A stretch of 40,302 bases of DNA from an uncultured Desulfobacteraceae bacterium (GTDB lineage: Bacteria; Desulfobacterota; Desulfobacteria; Desulfobacterales; BuS5), in NCBI GenBank assembly GCA_964572105.1, contig CAZNFB010000001.1:1-40302 (forward strand). The letters run 5' to 3'. The notes beneath the pieces are model-generated. The model was not told the origin of the DNA. It saw only the letters and a program-made list of their open reading frames with translations, and ran no database searches. Below are positions 16,503 to 24,355 of this stretch, one piece after another. Made by a program: the position numbers and the translations under genes. Position 1 is the stretch's first letter, and every line of letters starts with the position of its first letter.

Positions 16503-16940
16503 GTGGTTGATAAAAGTATAGTAGGAAAAAAATTTCCTGAATCATCTTTTGAGGTTGAAAAAGGAAAAATTAAAGAGTTTGCCAGGGCGATAGGGGATTC
16601 TAACCCATTGTACTATGATGAAGATGCAGCTAAAAGTGAAGGATATGAAAGCCTTGCTCTTCCTCCAACTTTTGGGACGGTCTTTTCTTTGTCCGGGGAT
16701 ACCAGTCTCTTAGATATGCTGACAGAGTTGAACATAGATATTGCCAAAGTTTTGCATGGCGGCCAGGAGTATGTTTTTATAAATCCCATTAACCCGGGTG
16801 ATACAGTAACAGGGCAAACAGCTATTACAGGGGTTATAGACAAGGGAAAAATGGATCTGGTTATAATGGAAACGGATTATGTGAATCAGAATGGCATTCC
16901 TGTTTTAAAAGATACTAGCACGATTGTGGTACGCAGGTAG
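16503..16940 (+). CDS. MaoC-like hot-dog protein, N-terminal (non-catalytic, HadA/ChsH1-like) type
   Basis: 145 aa. GTG start with GAGGAGG 9 nt upstream. Resembles the MaoC_dehydrat_N/UPF0336 family (EKGKIKEFARAIGDSNPLY). Lacks the hydratase-2 D/H motif. Confidence 0.75.
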   Translation: MVDKSIVGKKFPESSFEVEKGKIKEFARAIGDSNPLYYDEDAAKSEGYESLALPPTFGTVFSLSGDTSLLDMLTELNIDIAKVLHGGQEYVFINPINPGDTVTGQTAITGVIDKGKMDLVIMETDYVNQNGIPVLKDTSTIVVRR

Positions 16941-17113
16941 AGGCTTGATTTTCACACATATGCTTTTTGGATTTTTTATGATCATACGGGGCTGATTGAT
17001 TTACCTGTATGCGGGCTGCGTCTATATTTATCGAGGATTCCGCTGATTTGATCTAAAAAATCTGCTAATTATATGGTAATGGATTGTAAATTTAAAGAAA
17101 AAGAGGAGTTGAA

Positions 17114-17551
17114 ATGGCGCAGGCTAAACTTTATTTTGAAGATGTGTCTGAGGGTTCAGAATTGCCAACCCTTGTAAAAAATCCGATTAATGAAACACAG
17201 CTGGTCAGATATGCAGGCGCATCAGGAGATTTTAATCCTATTCATACGGTTCATAACTTTGCAATAAAAGCAGGGTTTAAAGACGGAGTTATAGGACATG
17301 GTATGTTGAGCATGGGATTTGCCGGACAGTTTATTACAGATTGGATTGGAGTTAAAACTCTTAAAAAGATAGCCGTCCAGTTCAGAGCTGTAAGCAAGCC
17401 TAAGGATATTATTACTATTAAGGGTTCCGTAACAAAAAAATATACAGATGGTGGGAAAAATCTGGTCGATTGTGAATATCTTGCTACCAACCAGAATGGT
17501 GATAAGATCATAATCGGGAGCGCAACAGCGGAACTTCCTTTAAAAAATTAA
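17114..17551 (+). CDS. MaoC-like (R)-specific enoyl-CoA hydratase/dehydratase, catalytic (HadB-like) subunit
   Basis: Hydratase-2 motif YAGASGDFNPIHTVHNFA. 145 aa hot-dog size. GAGGAG upstream. Confidence 0.85.
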   Translation: MAQAKLYFEDVSEGSELPTLVKNPINETQLVRYAGASGDFNPIHTVHNFAIKAGFKDGVIGHGMLSMGFAGQFITDWIGVKTLKKIAVQFRAVSKPKDIITIKGSVTKKYTDGGKNLVDCEYLATNQNGDKIIIGSATAELPLKN

Positions 17552-17572
17552 ATATCACGGGGCATATGGCAT

Positions 17573-17899
17573 ATGGAATATATTCATCAATCACTTGGTG
17601 AAGATAATAAAATAACTACTATTTCAGGTTATTACACCGTTGATGACGAAAAACTGATAAAATATCAGGGAAAAGATATCCTCTGTGTTATAGGTCTTGG
17701 AATAATTGACTCATCATGCTGTGGCGTTGGTGGGTGCAGATATGCCATGGTGCCAGGGTATGTTCGCCATTGGAAAAAGAAGACTATAAAAGGCCAATAT
17801 GTTTCTGAAGTGGACCCTGTTATCGATGAAAAGTCAAAGATTGCTATTAAAAAGATACTTATGGAAGAAGAAGTTGTAACACAAATCAATTTCTGGTAA
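17573..17899 (+). CDS. Hypothetical small Cys-rich protein
   Basis: 108-aa ORF filling the gap between the hydratase and HMGCS-like genes. Contains SSCCGVGGCRY. No obvious Shine-Dalgarno sequence and no family recognised. Confidence 0.45.
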   Translation: MEYIHQSLGEDNKITTISGYYTVDDEKLIKYQGKDILCVIGLGIIDSSCCGVGGCRYAMVPGYVRHWKKKTIKGQYVSEVDPVIDEKSKIAIKKILMEEEVVTQINFW

Positions 17900-17939
17900 T
17901 AGGATTCACTTTTTCATTAATGTTCTGAGGAGGTAAAAG

Positions 17940-19385
17940 ATGGTAGGTATTGTTTCATACGGCGCTTATATTCCAAAATACAGGATAGACCGTAAACTTG
18001 TTTATAAGGCAATGGGGTGGTTGAACCCGGCCACTTTTATGCGCGGAGAAAAAGCCGTTGCAAATTTTGATGAAGATAGCCTGACCATGGGCGTTGCAGC
18101 AGGTTTTGATTGTATTACCGGGCTTGACCGGACAAAAATAGATGGACTCTATTTTGCCACTACAACCGCTTCTTATACGGAAAGGCTCGGTTCCCAGATA
18201 ATGGCCGCAGCTTTTGATTTAAATACTGATATCCGTGTTGCTGATCTCACCGATTCAACCAAGGCTACAACCATTGCTATGCTCACGGCCATTGATGCGG
18301 TTAAATCAGGAAGTTCAAAAAACACACTGATATGTGCTGGAGATTGCCGTATTCCAAGGCCTGGAAGTGCTCAGGAAGAGCTTTATGGAGATGGCGCAGG
18401 TTCTGTTTTGATTGGTGAAGATAATGTAATTGCAAAATTTCTTGGTTCGTCCACCCTTTCACACGATTTTACAAGTCATTGGAGGGGACAGAATGATAAA
18501 TTTGATAATCAATGGGAAGACAGATTTATCCGTGACGTGGGATATAAAAAGTTTCTTGTTGAATCAATTTCAGGGGCGTTGAAAAACTGCAATCTTGAAG
18601 CCAAGGATATCGCCAAAGCTGCTTATCCGTGCCTTTATGCCGGTGACCACAAGGGAATTGCAAAAAAACTTGGATTGACTCCCGAGCAGGTTCAGGACCC
18701 CTTGATTGGAAATGTTGGATACACAGGTGCAGGTACTCCCCTTATGCTCCTTGTTGCTGCTTTAGAAGATGCAAAACCTGGTGATAAAATTGTTATAGCC
18801 AGTTTTGGTCAAGGTAGTGATGCCTTGGTGTTTGAGGTCACAGATGCCATAAATGCTATTAAAGGGACGAAAAAAGGGATAAAGAAAAATCTGGAAACAA
18901 AGCGTGAACTGAACAGTTATGAAAAAATGATCAGTTTCCGTAATATTTTGCCTGTTGACAAGGGTATCCGTGGTGAGACTGTCCCCTTTACAGCGTTAAC
19001 TGAACTTTGGCGAAGCCGTAAGTCTATTCTTGGACTCTGTGGCTGTAAATGTAATAACTGCGGAACGCCCCAGTTTCCTGTACAGGAGATTTGTGTTAAT
19101 CCGGATTGCGGAGCTCAGGGGCAGATGGAAGAGTATCGCTTTGCGGATAAAAAAGGTAAAGTCCTTATGTTTACAGGGGATAGTTTGGCATTTACCCCTA
19201 ATCCTCCACAGATATATGGAACTCTCGATTTTGAAGGGGGCGGAAGATTCTGGTTTGATGTAACTGATGCCGATCTTGAAGAAATGAGTGTGGGAATGAC
19301 AATGGAAATGTCGTTTAGAAGAAAATTTGTGGATGAAAAGTTTGGTATACACGGTTACTACTGGAAAGCAATTCCCGTAAACTAA
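17940..19385 (+). CDS. HMG-CoA-synthase/KAS-III-like domain fused to a DUF35 (zinc-ribbon plus OB-fold) domain; apparently lacks the catalytic Cys
   Basis: The N-terminal 300 aa align with archaeal HMG-CoA synthase (MVGIVSYGAYIPKYRI...). The C-terminus has a CxxC...CxxC-type ribbon (CGCKCNNCGTPQFPVQEICVNPDCG) and an OB-like tail. GAGGAGG upstream. Confidence 0.75.
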   Translation: MVGIVSYGAYIPKYRIDRKLVYKAMGWLNPATFMRGEKAVANFDEDSLTMGVAAGFDCITGLDRTKIDGLYFATTTASYTERLGSQIMAAAFDLNTDIRVADLTDSTKATTIAMLTAIDAVKSGSSKNTLICAGDCRIPRPGSAQEELYGDGAGSVLIGEDNVIAKFLGSSTLSHDFTSHWRGQNDKFDNQWEDRFIRDVGYKKFLVESISGALKNCNLEAKDIAKAAYPCLYAGDHKGIAKKLGLTPEQVQDPLIGNVGYTGAGTPLMLLVAALEDAKPGDKIVIASFGQGSDALVFEVTDAINAIKGTKKGIKKNLETKRELNSYEKMISFRNILPVDKGIRGETVPFTALTELWRSRKSILGLCGCKCNNCGTPQFPVQEICVNPDCGAQGQMEEYRFADKKGKVLMFTGDSLAFTPNPPQIYGTLDFEGGGRFWFDVTDADLEEMSVGMTMEMSFRRKFVDEKFGIHGYYWKAIPVN

Positions 19386-19427
19386 CAATGGATTGAAAGT
19401 TTTATCTGTTTGTTTTAGGAGGTATCA

Positions 19428-20627
19428 ATGGCAGAAGGAATTAAAGATAAAGTTGCAATTATAGGAATGGGTTGTACTCATTTCGGTGAACATTGGGAAA
19501 AAAGTTCGGAGCAATTAATGGTCGAAGCTTTTAATGAGGCCATAAGTGATTCCGGTGTTGAAAAGAAAGATATCCAGGCCGCATGGTTAGGCTCATGCAT
19601 GGGCGTATGCAATGTAGGGCTTTCTGCATTGCCGTTAAGCCTGGCTTTAAAACTTCCTTTCATTCCGGTAACCAGAGTTGAGAATTTTTGTGCCACAGGC
19701 TCAGAAGCTTTAAGGGGTGCTGTATATGCAGTTGCCTCGGGTGCTTATGATATTTGTCTGGCAATGGGTGTTGAAAAGCTTAAAGATACAGGATATGGCG
19801 GTTTGCCTGACATGGGATCCATGATGGGTACAAAAAACAGATTTCTAATGCCCAACATTACTGCGCCTGGCGGATTTGCCATGATGGCCACGGCATATTT
19901 TAATAAATGGGGAATAGATCCTAAAGATGGAAAAAAGCTTCTGGCAATGATATCTGCCAAGAGTCATAAAAATGGTGTGAATAACCCCAAAGCCCATCTT
20001 AGAAAAGAAGCAAGTGTTGAACAGATTATGAAGGCACCCATGATAGCCTATCCTTTGGGATTATTTGACTGCTGTGGCGTAAGTGACGGTGCGGCTTGTG
20101 CTATAGTCTGCAGAGCGGATATGGCAAAAGATTTGGGTAAAAAAGATCCTGTTAAGCTTAAATCAATGCAGATATCTTTAAGCTCAGGTGAAGAACTGAT
20201 GTATAAAAACTGGGATGGTGCCAGTGTCCTTTCAGCTCAGAAATGTTCTGTAAAGGCCTACGAGGAAGCAGGAATAAAAAATCCCAGGGAAGAACTGAGC
20301 ATGATGGAAGTTCATGACTGTTTCTCCATTACCGAGCTTGCTGCTTATGAAGATCTTGGTATATCAGCCCCTGGAAAAGCCGGTGATGATATAAGGGACG
20401 GCTTCTATGAAATGGATGGTAAAATACCGTGCCAGCCCGACGGCGGGCTGAAATGCTTTGGCCACCCCATTGGAGCTTCAGGTCTTAGAATGATGTATGA
20501 AATGTATAATCAGCTCCTTGGCAGGTGTGGTGAAAGACAGCTTGATAACCCCACCCTTGGCTTGACTCATAATATGGGCGGATTCCCGGCCATGAACCTT
20601 ATTAGTGTAGCCATTGCAGGACTGTAA
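19428..20627 (+). CDS. SCP-x/archaeal-type thiolase (acetyl-CoA C-acyltransferase family)
   Basis: Nucleophile context VENFCATGSEAL, HDCFS, and GGLKCFGHPIGASG near the C-terminus. AGGAGG upstream. Confidence 0.88.
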   Translation: MAEGIKDKVAIIGMGCTHFGEHWEKSSEQLMVEAFNEAISDSGVEKKDIQAAWLGSCMGVCNVGLSALPLSLALKLPFIPVTRVENFCATGSEALRGAVYAVASGAYDICLAMGVEKLKDTGYGGLPDMGSMMGTKNRFLMPNITAPGGFAMMATAYFNKWGIDPKDGKKLLAMISAKSHKNGVNNPKAHLRKEASVEQIMKAPMIAYPLGLFDCCGVSDGAACAIVCRADMAKDLGKKDPVKLKSMQISLSSGEELMYKNWDGASVLSAQKCSVKAYEEAGIKNPREELSMMEVHDCFSITELAAYEDLGISAPGKAGDDIRDGFYEMDGKIPCQPDGGLKCFGHPIGASGLRMMYEMYNQLLGRCGERQLDNPTLGLTHNMGGFPAMNLISVAIAGL

Positions 20628-20650
20628 AAAATAATATTTTTAAGAAAAAG

Positions 20651-20685
20651 AGCCCATCTGTATATATAGATGGGCTTTACCATTT
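20651..20685 (+). terminator. Probable terminator after the thiolase gene
   Basis: 9-bp perfect stem agcccatct/agatgggct with an 8-nt loop, followed by a weak T-rich tail (ttaccattt). Confidence 0.45.
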
Positions 20686-20742
20686 AGAAGACAGAAATTA
20701 TAGTATCTGCTTTAAATATATTTTATTTATATTCGGATTCTT

Positions 20743-21549
20743 ATGACTGCGATTACTGCTACAGTATTTAAATCTTTTGTATCGAATCTCGGAAAATTTA
20801 CCATCGATTCTGTGCGGGGGCTGGGTAAACTGGGGCTTTTTTTTATAAAAGCTTTTTTTTATATATTTATACCTTCCATGCAAATAAAAAAGATACTGGA
20901 ACAGATCTATTTCATAGGGATGAAGTCTGTTTTTGTTATCTGCCTTACAGGCGCCTTTACAGGTATGGTGCTTGGCCTGCAGGGGTATTATACCCTGGTG
21001 AGATTTGGTTCTGAAGGTGCCCTGGGTTCTCTGGTTGCCCTCTCTTTAATCAGGGAGATGGGACCTGTGTTTACCGCTATCATGGTTATAGGCCGGGCAG
21101 GGTCGGCCATGGCTGCAGAAATAGGGATAATGCGGATCTCTGAACAGGTTGATGCCCTTTATACAATGGACATTAATCCCATATCTTTTTTAGTCAGCCC
21201 AAGGCTTGCCGCTTCTATAATCAGCTTTCCCATCTTAACCTCATTGTTCGATTTAATAGGAATCTTTGGTGGATATATAACAGGCTCTCTTCTCCTTGGC
21301 GCAAATACCGGAATATATTTTGCAAAGGTTGAGGCAAGTGTTATCATGGCAGATGTTACAGGGGGATTTGTAAAATCGATTGTCTTTGCTGTTGTTGTGG
21401 TTACAATTTGTTGCTATTATGGGTTTAATACTCACAAAAGAAAAGAGTACGGCGCAAAAGGGGTGAGTATTTCCACCACATCAGCTGTGGTTGTTTCCTG
21501 TATTCTTGTTTTTGTTACTGATTATATTTTAACATCATTTTTGTTATAA
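20743..21549 (+). CDS. mlaE: Phospholipid ABC transporter permease MlaE
   Basis: 268-aa polytopic membrane protein of the MlaE/Ttg2B type (LIREMGPV, GRAGSAMAAEIG), followed by mlaF and mlaD. Confidence 0.88.
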   Translation: MTAITATVFKSFVSNLGKFTIDSVRGLGKLGLFFIKAFFYIFIPSMQIKKILEQIYFIGMKSVFVICLTGAFTGMVLGLQGYYTLVRFGSEGALGSLVALSLIREMGPVFTAIMVIGRAGSAMAAEIGIMRISEQVDALYTMDINPISFLVSPRLAASIISFPILTSLFDLIGIFGGYITGSLLLGANTGIYFAKVEASVIMADVTGGFVKSIVFAVVVVTICCYYGFNTHKRKEYGAKGVSISTTSAVVVSCILVFVTDYILTSFLL

Positions 21550-21558
21550 AAAATAGAT

Positions 21559-22317
21559 ATGAACCAACCACTTATACAGCTCCTGGGCGTGAATAAAAAA
21601 TTTGGTAACAACACTGTTTTGCGTAATGTTAATTTGAGTATCTATAAGGGTGAAGTTACTACCATTATGGGGAAGAGCGGTGTTGGAAAGAGTGTTCTGC
21701 TAAAATTGATAATTGGCCTTCTGGACCCTGATTCAGGCCGTATTTTGTTTAATGGAAGCTCCCTTGCAGAGATGTCCAGATCAGAGAAAAAAGAATTTAA
21801 AAAAAAAATAAGCTACATGTTTCAAGGCTCAGCTCTATTTGATTTTATGACTGTTTTTGAAAATATCGCACTCCCTTTAACAGAGACCACTTCCCTTAAG
21901 CCGGATGAGATTGAAACGTCCGTACATAATATGCTGGGTCAGCTCGATTTGCATAATATTGATGAAAAATATCCTTCCCAGCTTTCCGGCGGTATGAAAA
22001 AAAGGGTGGCCATGGCCAGGGCGCTGGTTATTAATCCTGAAATTGTTCTCTTTGATGAACCTACAACAGGGCTTGACCCCATTAGAAAAAATGCTGTTCA
22101 TGATATGATATCCAATTATCAAAAAAAATTCAGATTCACAGGTGTGGTTGTCAGCCATGAGATTCCTGATATTTTTTTTATATCCCAGCGGGTGGCCATG
22201 CTGGATCGGGGAAGAGTTATCATTGAAGGGACGCCCGAGGAGATACAAACTGCCTCAAATGCTGTTGTGCAAAATTTTATCAAGGGAATCGACATCCATG
22301 GGACGGAGGAATCATGA
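21559..22317 (+). CDS. mlaF: Phospholipid ABC transporter ATP-binding protein MlaF
   Basis: Walker A GKSGVGKS, signature LSGGMKKR, Walker B VLFDEPT. Confidence 0.9.
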   Translation: MNQPLIQLLGVNKKFGNNTVLRNVNLSIYKGEVTTIMGKSGVGKSVLLKLIIGLLDPDSGRILFNGSSLAEMSRSEKKEFKKKISYMFQGSALFDFMTVFENIALPLTETTSLKPDEIETSVHNMLGQLDLHNIDEKYPSQLSGGMKKRVAMARALVINPEIVLFDEPTTGLDPIRKNAVHDMISNYQKKFRFTGVVVSHEIPDIFFISQRVAMLDRGRVIIEGTPEEIQTASNAVVQNFIKGIDIHGTEES

Positions 22318-22760
22318 AAACGGGAAGACTTGAAACTATAGTCGGTATCTTCATTTTAATAGGGATATTGTGCGTGGGCTATTTAACAGTAAAGCTTGGC
22401 AAAATAGACTTGTTCGGGAGTGATAATTATTATTTAAGTGCTCATTTTCAATCTGTTTCAGGATTAAAAAAAGGAGCCAGGGTTGAAATAGCCGGAGTTC
22501 CCGTTGGGGCGGTTGATGAGATATCCCTTGACCGGGAAAAACAGGTGGCTCTGGTCAGGTTTAAAATAAAAAAAAATATTATTTTAACTGACGATGTTAT
22601 TGCATCGGTGAAAACATCTGGATTAATAGGTGATAAATACATAATGTTTTCCCCTGGCGGTTCTGATATGCTCCTTGAAAATGGAGATGTTATTGAAGAG
22701 ACAGAATCGGTTTTAGACATTGAAGCGTTGATCAGTAAATTTGCTTTTGGCGGGGTTTAA
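22314..22760 (+). CDS. mlaD: MCE-domain protein MlaD
   Basis: 148 aa. N-terminal TM anchor followed by an MCE fold (VSGLKKGARVEIAGVPVG). Start overlaps the mlaF stop. Confidence 0.85.
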   Translation: MKTGRLETIVGIFILIGILCVGYLTVKLGKIDLFGSDNYYLSAHFQSVSGLKKGARVEIAGVPVGAVDEISLDREKQVALVRFKIKKNIILTDDVIASVKTSGLIGDKYIMFSPGGSDMLLENGDVIEETESVLDIEALISKFAFGGV

Positions 22761-22761
22761 T

Positions 22762-22843
22762 CTACAGATATTCAGATAATTAATTTCATACGGCCAGATG
22801 CTATAACGGAGCTATTGCTGAATTATTTATGTGATGGTCTATA
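22762..22843 (+). mobile_element. MITE-like repeat R1, copy C (internally deleted, 82 bp)
   Basis: Left ta+cagatattca, right tgatggtcta+ta. The core ctgaattatttatgtga and the segment ataacggagc align to copy A. Starts 2 nt after the mlaD stop and ends 40 nt before the mlaC ATG. Confidence 0.65.
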
Positions 22844-22883
22844 CCTTGGAAATAAATTTCAATAAACATGTGGGAGGAATCGC

Positions 22884-23516
22884 ATGGAACCAAAAAGAGC
22901 TTTCAGTTTTTTTATTTTTTTCTTTCTATTTTTTTCTCCTTTTGATGTTTTTGCTCTACAGCCCAAGGATGTGCTTTGTAAAACAATAGATGAAATTTTC
23001 GAAACATTAAATGATTCTGCATATGAAACTCCTGATTTAAATAAGCTCAAACAGGAAAAATTATGGAAAACCATAGAAGGAGCTTTTGACTTTACCCTGA
23101 TGACCAAACTTGCCCTGGGTAAATACAGAAAAACATTTTCAAAAAAACAGCTCAGTGAATTAACAGATTATTTTGGAAAACTTTTACGGAAAATTTATCT
23201 TGAAAAGATAGAATCAGGGAGTAAAGATAAAATAGTATATCTTGATCAGGATATGGTCTCGGAAAAAAAAGCAAGGGTGCATACCAAGGTTCTCCGTGAA
23301 GCAGGCGATATTCCATTGAACTACAGTATGCGAAAAACAAAAGGTGGGTGGAAGATTTATGACGTTAACGTGGAAGGTGTCAGCCTTGTTAAAAATTACA
23401 GAAAACAGTTTGGTGACCTGCTTTTTAGTGAGACTCCGGATCAATTAATAAAAAAAATGAAAAAAAAGGTTGAGAAGCAAGATATAGAGAATCCCAAAGG
23501 GAGAATATCAGATTGA
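22884..23516 (+). CDS. mlaC: Periplasmic phospholipid-binding protein MlaC (Ttg2D family)
   Basis: Signal peptide, 210 aa. Tol-tolerance family features (FDFTLMTKLALGKYRK..., GWKIYDVNVEGVSLVKNYR). GGGAGG upstream. Confidence 0.85.
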   Translation: MEPKRAFSFFIFFFLFFSPFDVFALQPKDVLCKTIDEIFETLNDSAYETPDLNKLKQEKLWKTIEGAFDFTLMTKLALGKYRKTFSKKQLSELTDYFGKLLRKIYLEKIESGSKDKIVYLDQDMVSEKKARVHTKVLREAGDIPLNYSMRKTKGGWKIYDVNVEGVSLVKNYRKQFGDLLFSETPDQLIKKMKKKVEKQDIENPKGRISD

Positions 23517-24352
23517 AAAATAAGTTCGGGGTGATTTTTTTTCTCGGTTTTTTTTTCAGTTTTTTCCCCTTGGAAAACATGGGTAAAATCCATGCATCGC
23601 CGCTTCCTTTTCTTTCCTGCCAATTATCCGAAAAGGCTGCTTCTGCTGAGAAAAAAGAGACTACTTCGGATAAAGACTCCATAGAAGAGTATGATGACGA
23701 TTTTTTTGAAGATGATGTTGAATTTTTTAATGACGAGTTCGAAGATGAAGCTGTTGCAGATCCTTTTTATTACTGGAATGTGGCAATGTTTGTTTTTAAT
23801 GACAAACTCTATTTCTGGGGGTTAAAACCCCTTGCAAAGGGTTATTCTGCTGTAACCCCTCACCTTGTGAGGGTAGGTATTAAAAATTTTTTCAGAAATA
23901 TTTTTATGCCTGCCCGGTTTGTAAATGCAACCTTGCAGGGGAAGGTGCAAAAATCAGGGGGGGAACTGCTGAGTTTTTTTATAAATAGTACAGTTGGAGT
24001 ACTTGGGTTTTGCAATCCTGCAGCCAAATATTCCTGGGGGAATCCTTCTGTGGAGGATTTTGGGCAGACCCTCGGGTTTTATAAGATCGGCAATGGGTTT
24101 TATGTTGTCTGGCCGTTTTTGGGTCCCTCCACACTTCGTGATTCTGTGGGGCTGGCTGGCAACTGGTTTTTAACCCCTCTTGCATATATAGAATGCCAGG
24201 AGCTTGTATATGGACTGTCAGGGCTCGACAAAGTTAATGATGTCTCCTTTAGGATTGGAGACTATGAATCTTTAAAAGGTGCAGCCCTTGATCCCTATAA
24301 AGCAGTTCGTGATGCATATATTCAAATGAGAAAAGAAAAAATTAAGGAATAA
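23513..24352 (+). CDS. mlaA: Outer-membrane lipoprotein MlaA (VacJ family)
   Basis: Lipobox FLSC. VacJ core (DPFYYWNVAMFVFND...GLKPLAKGY...). TTG start overlapping the mlaC stop. Unusually acidic linker EEYDDDFFEDDVEFFNDEFEDE. Confidence 0.8.
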   Translation: MKNKFGVIFFLGFFFSFFPLENMGKIHASPLPFLSCQLSEKAASAEKKETTSDKDSIEEYDDDFFEDDVEFFNDEFEDEAVADPFYYWNVAMFVFNDKLYFWGLKPLAKGYSAVTPHLVRVGIKNFFRNIFMPARFVNATLQGKVQKSGGELLSFFINSTVGVLGFCNPAAKYSWGNPSVEDFGQTLGFYKIGNGFYVVWPFLGPSTLRDSVGLAGNWFLTPLAYIECQELVYGLSGLDKVNDVSFRIGDYESLKGAALDPYKAVRDAYIQMRKEKIKE

Positions 24353-24355
24353 CAA

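Noticed and set aside
20743-24352. Absence of an mlaB (STAS) gene from the mla operon.
   Set aside because: As far as I know, many non-enterobacterial Mla loci lack a recognisable MlaB. This is not unusual enough to report as a finding.
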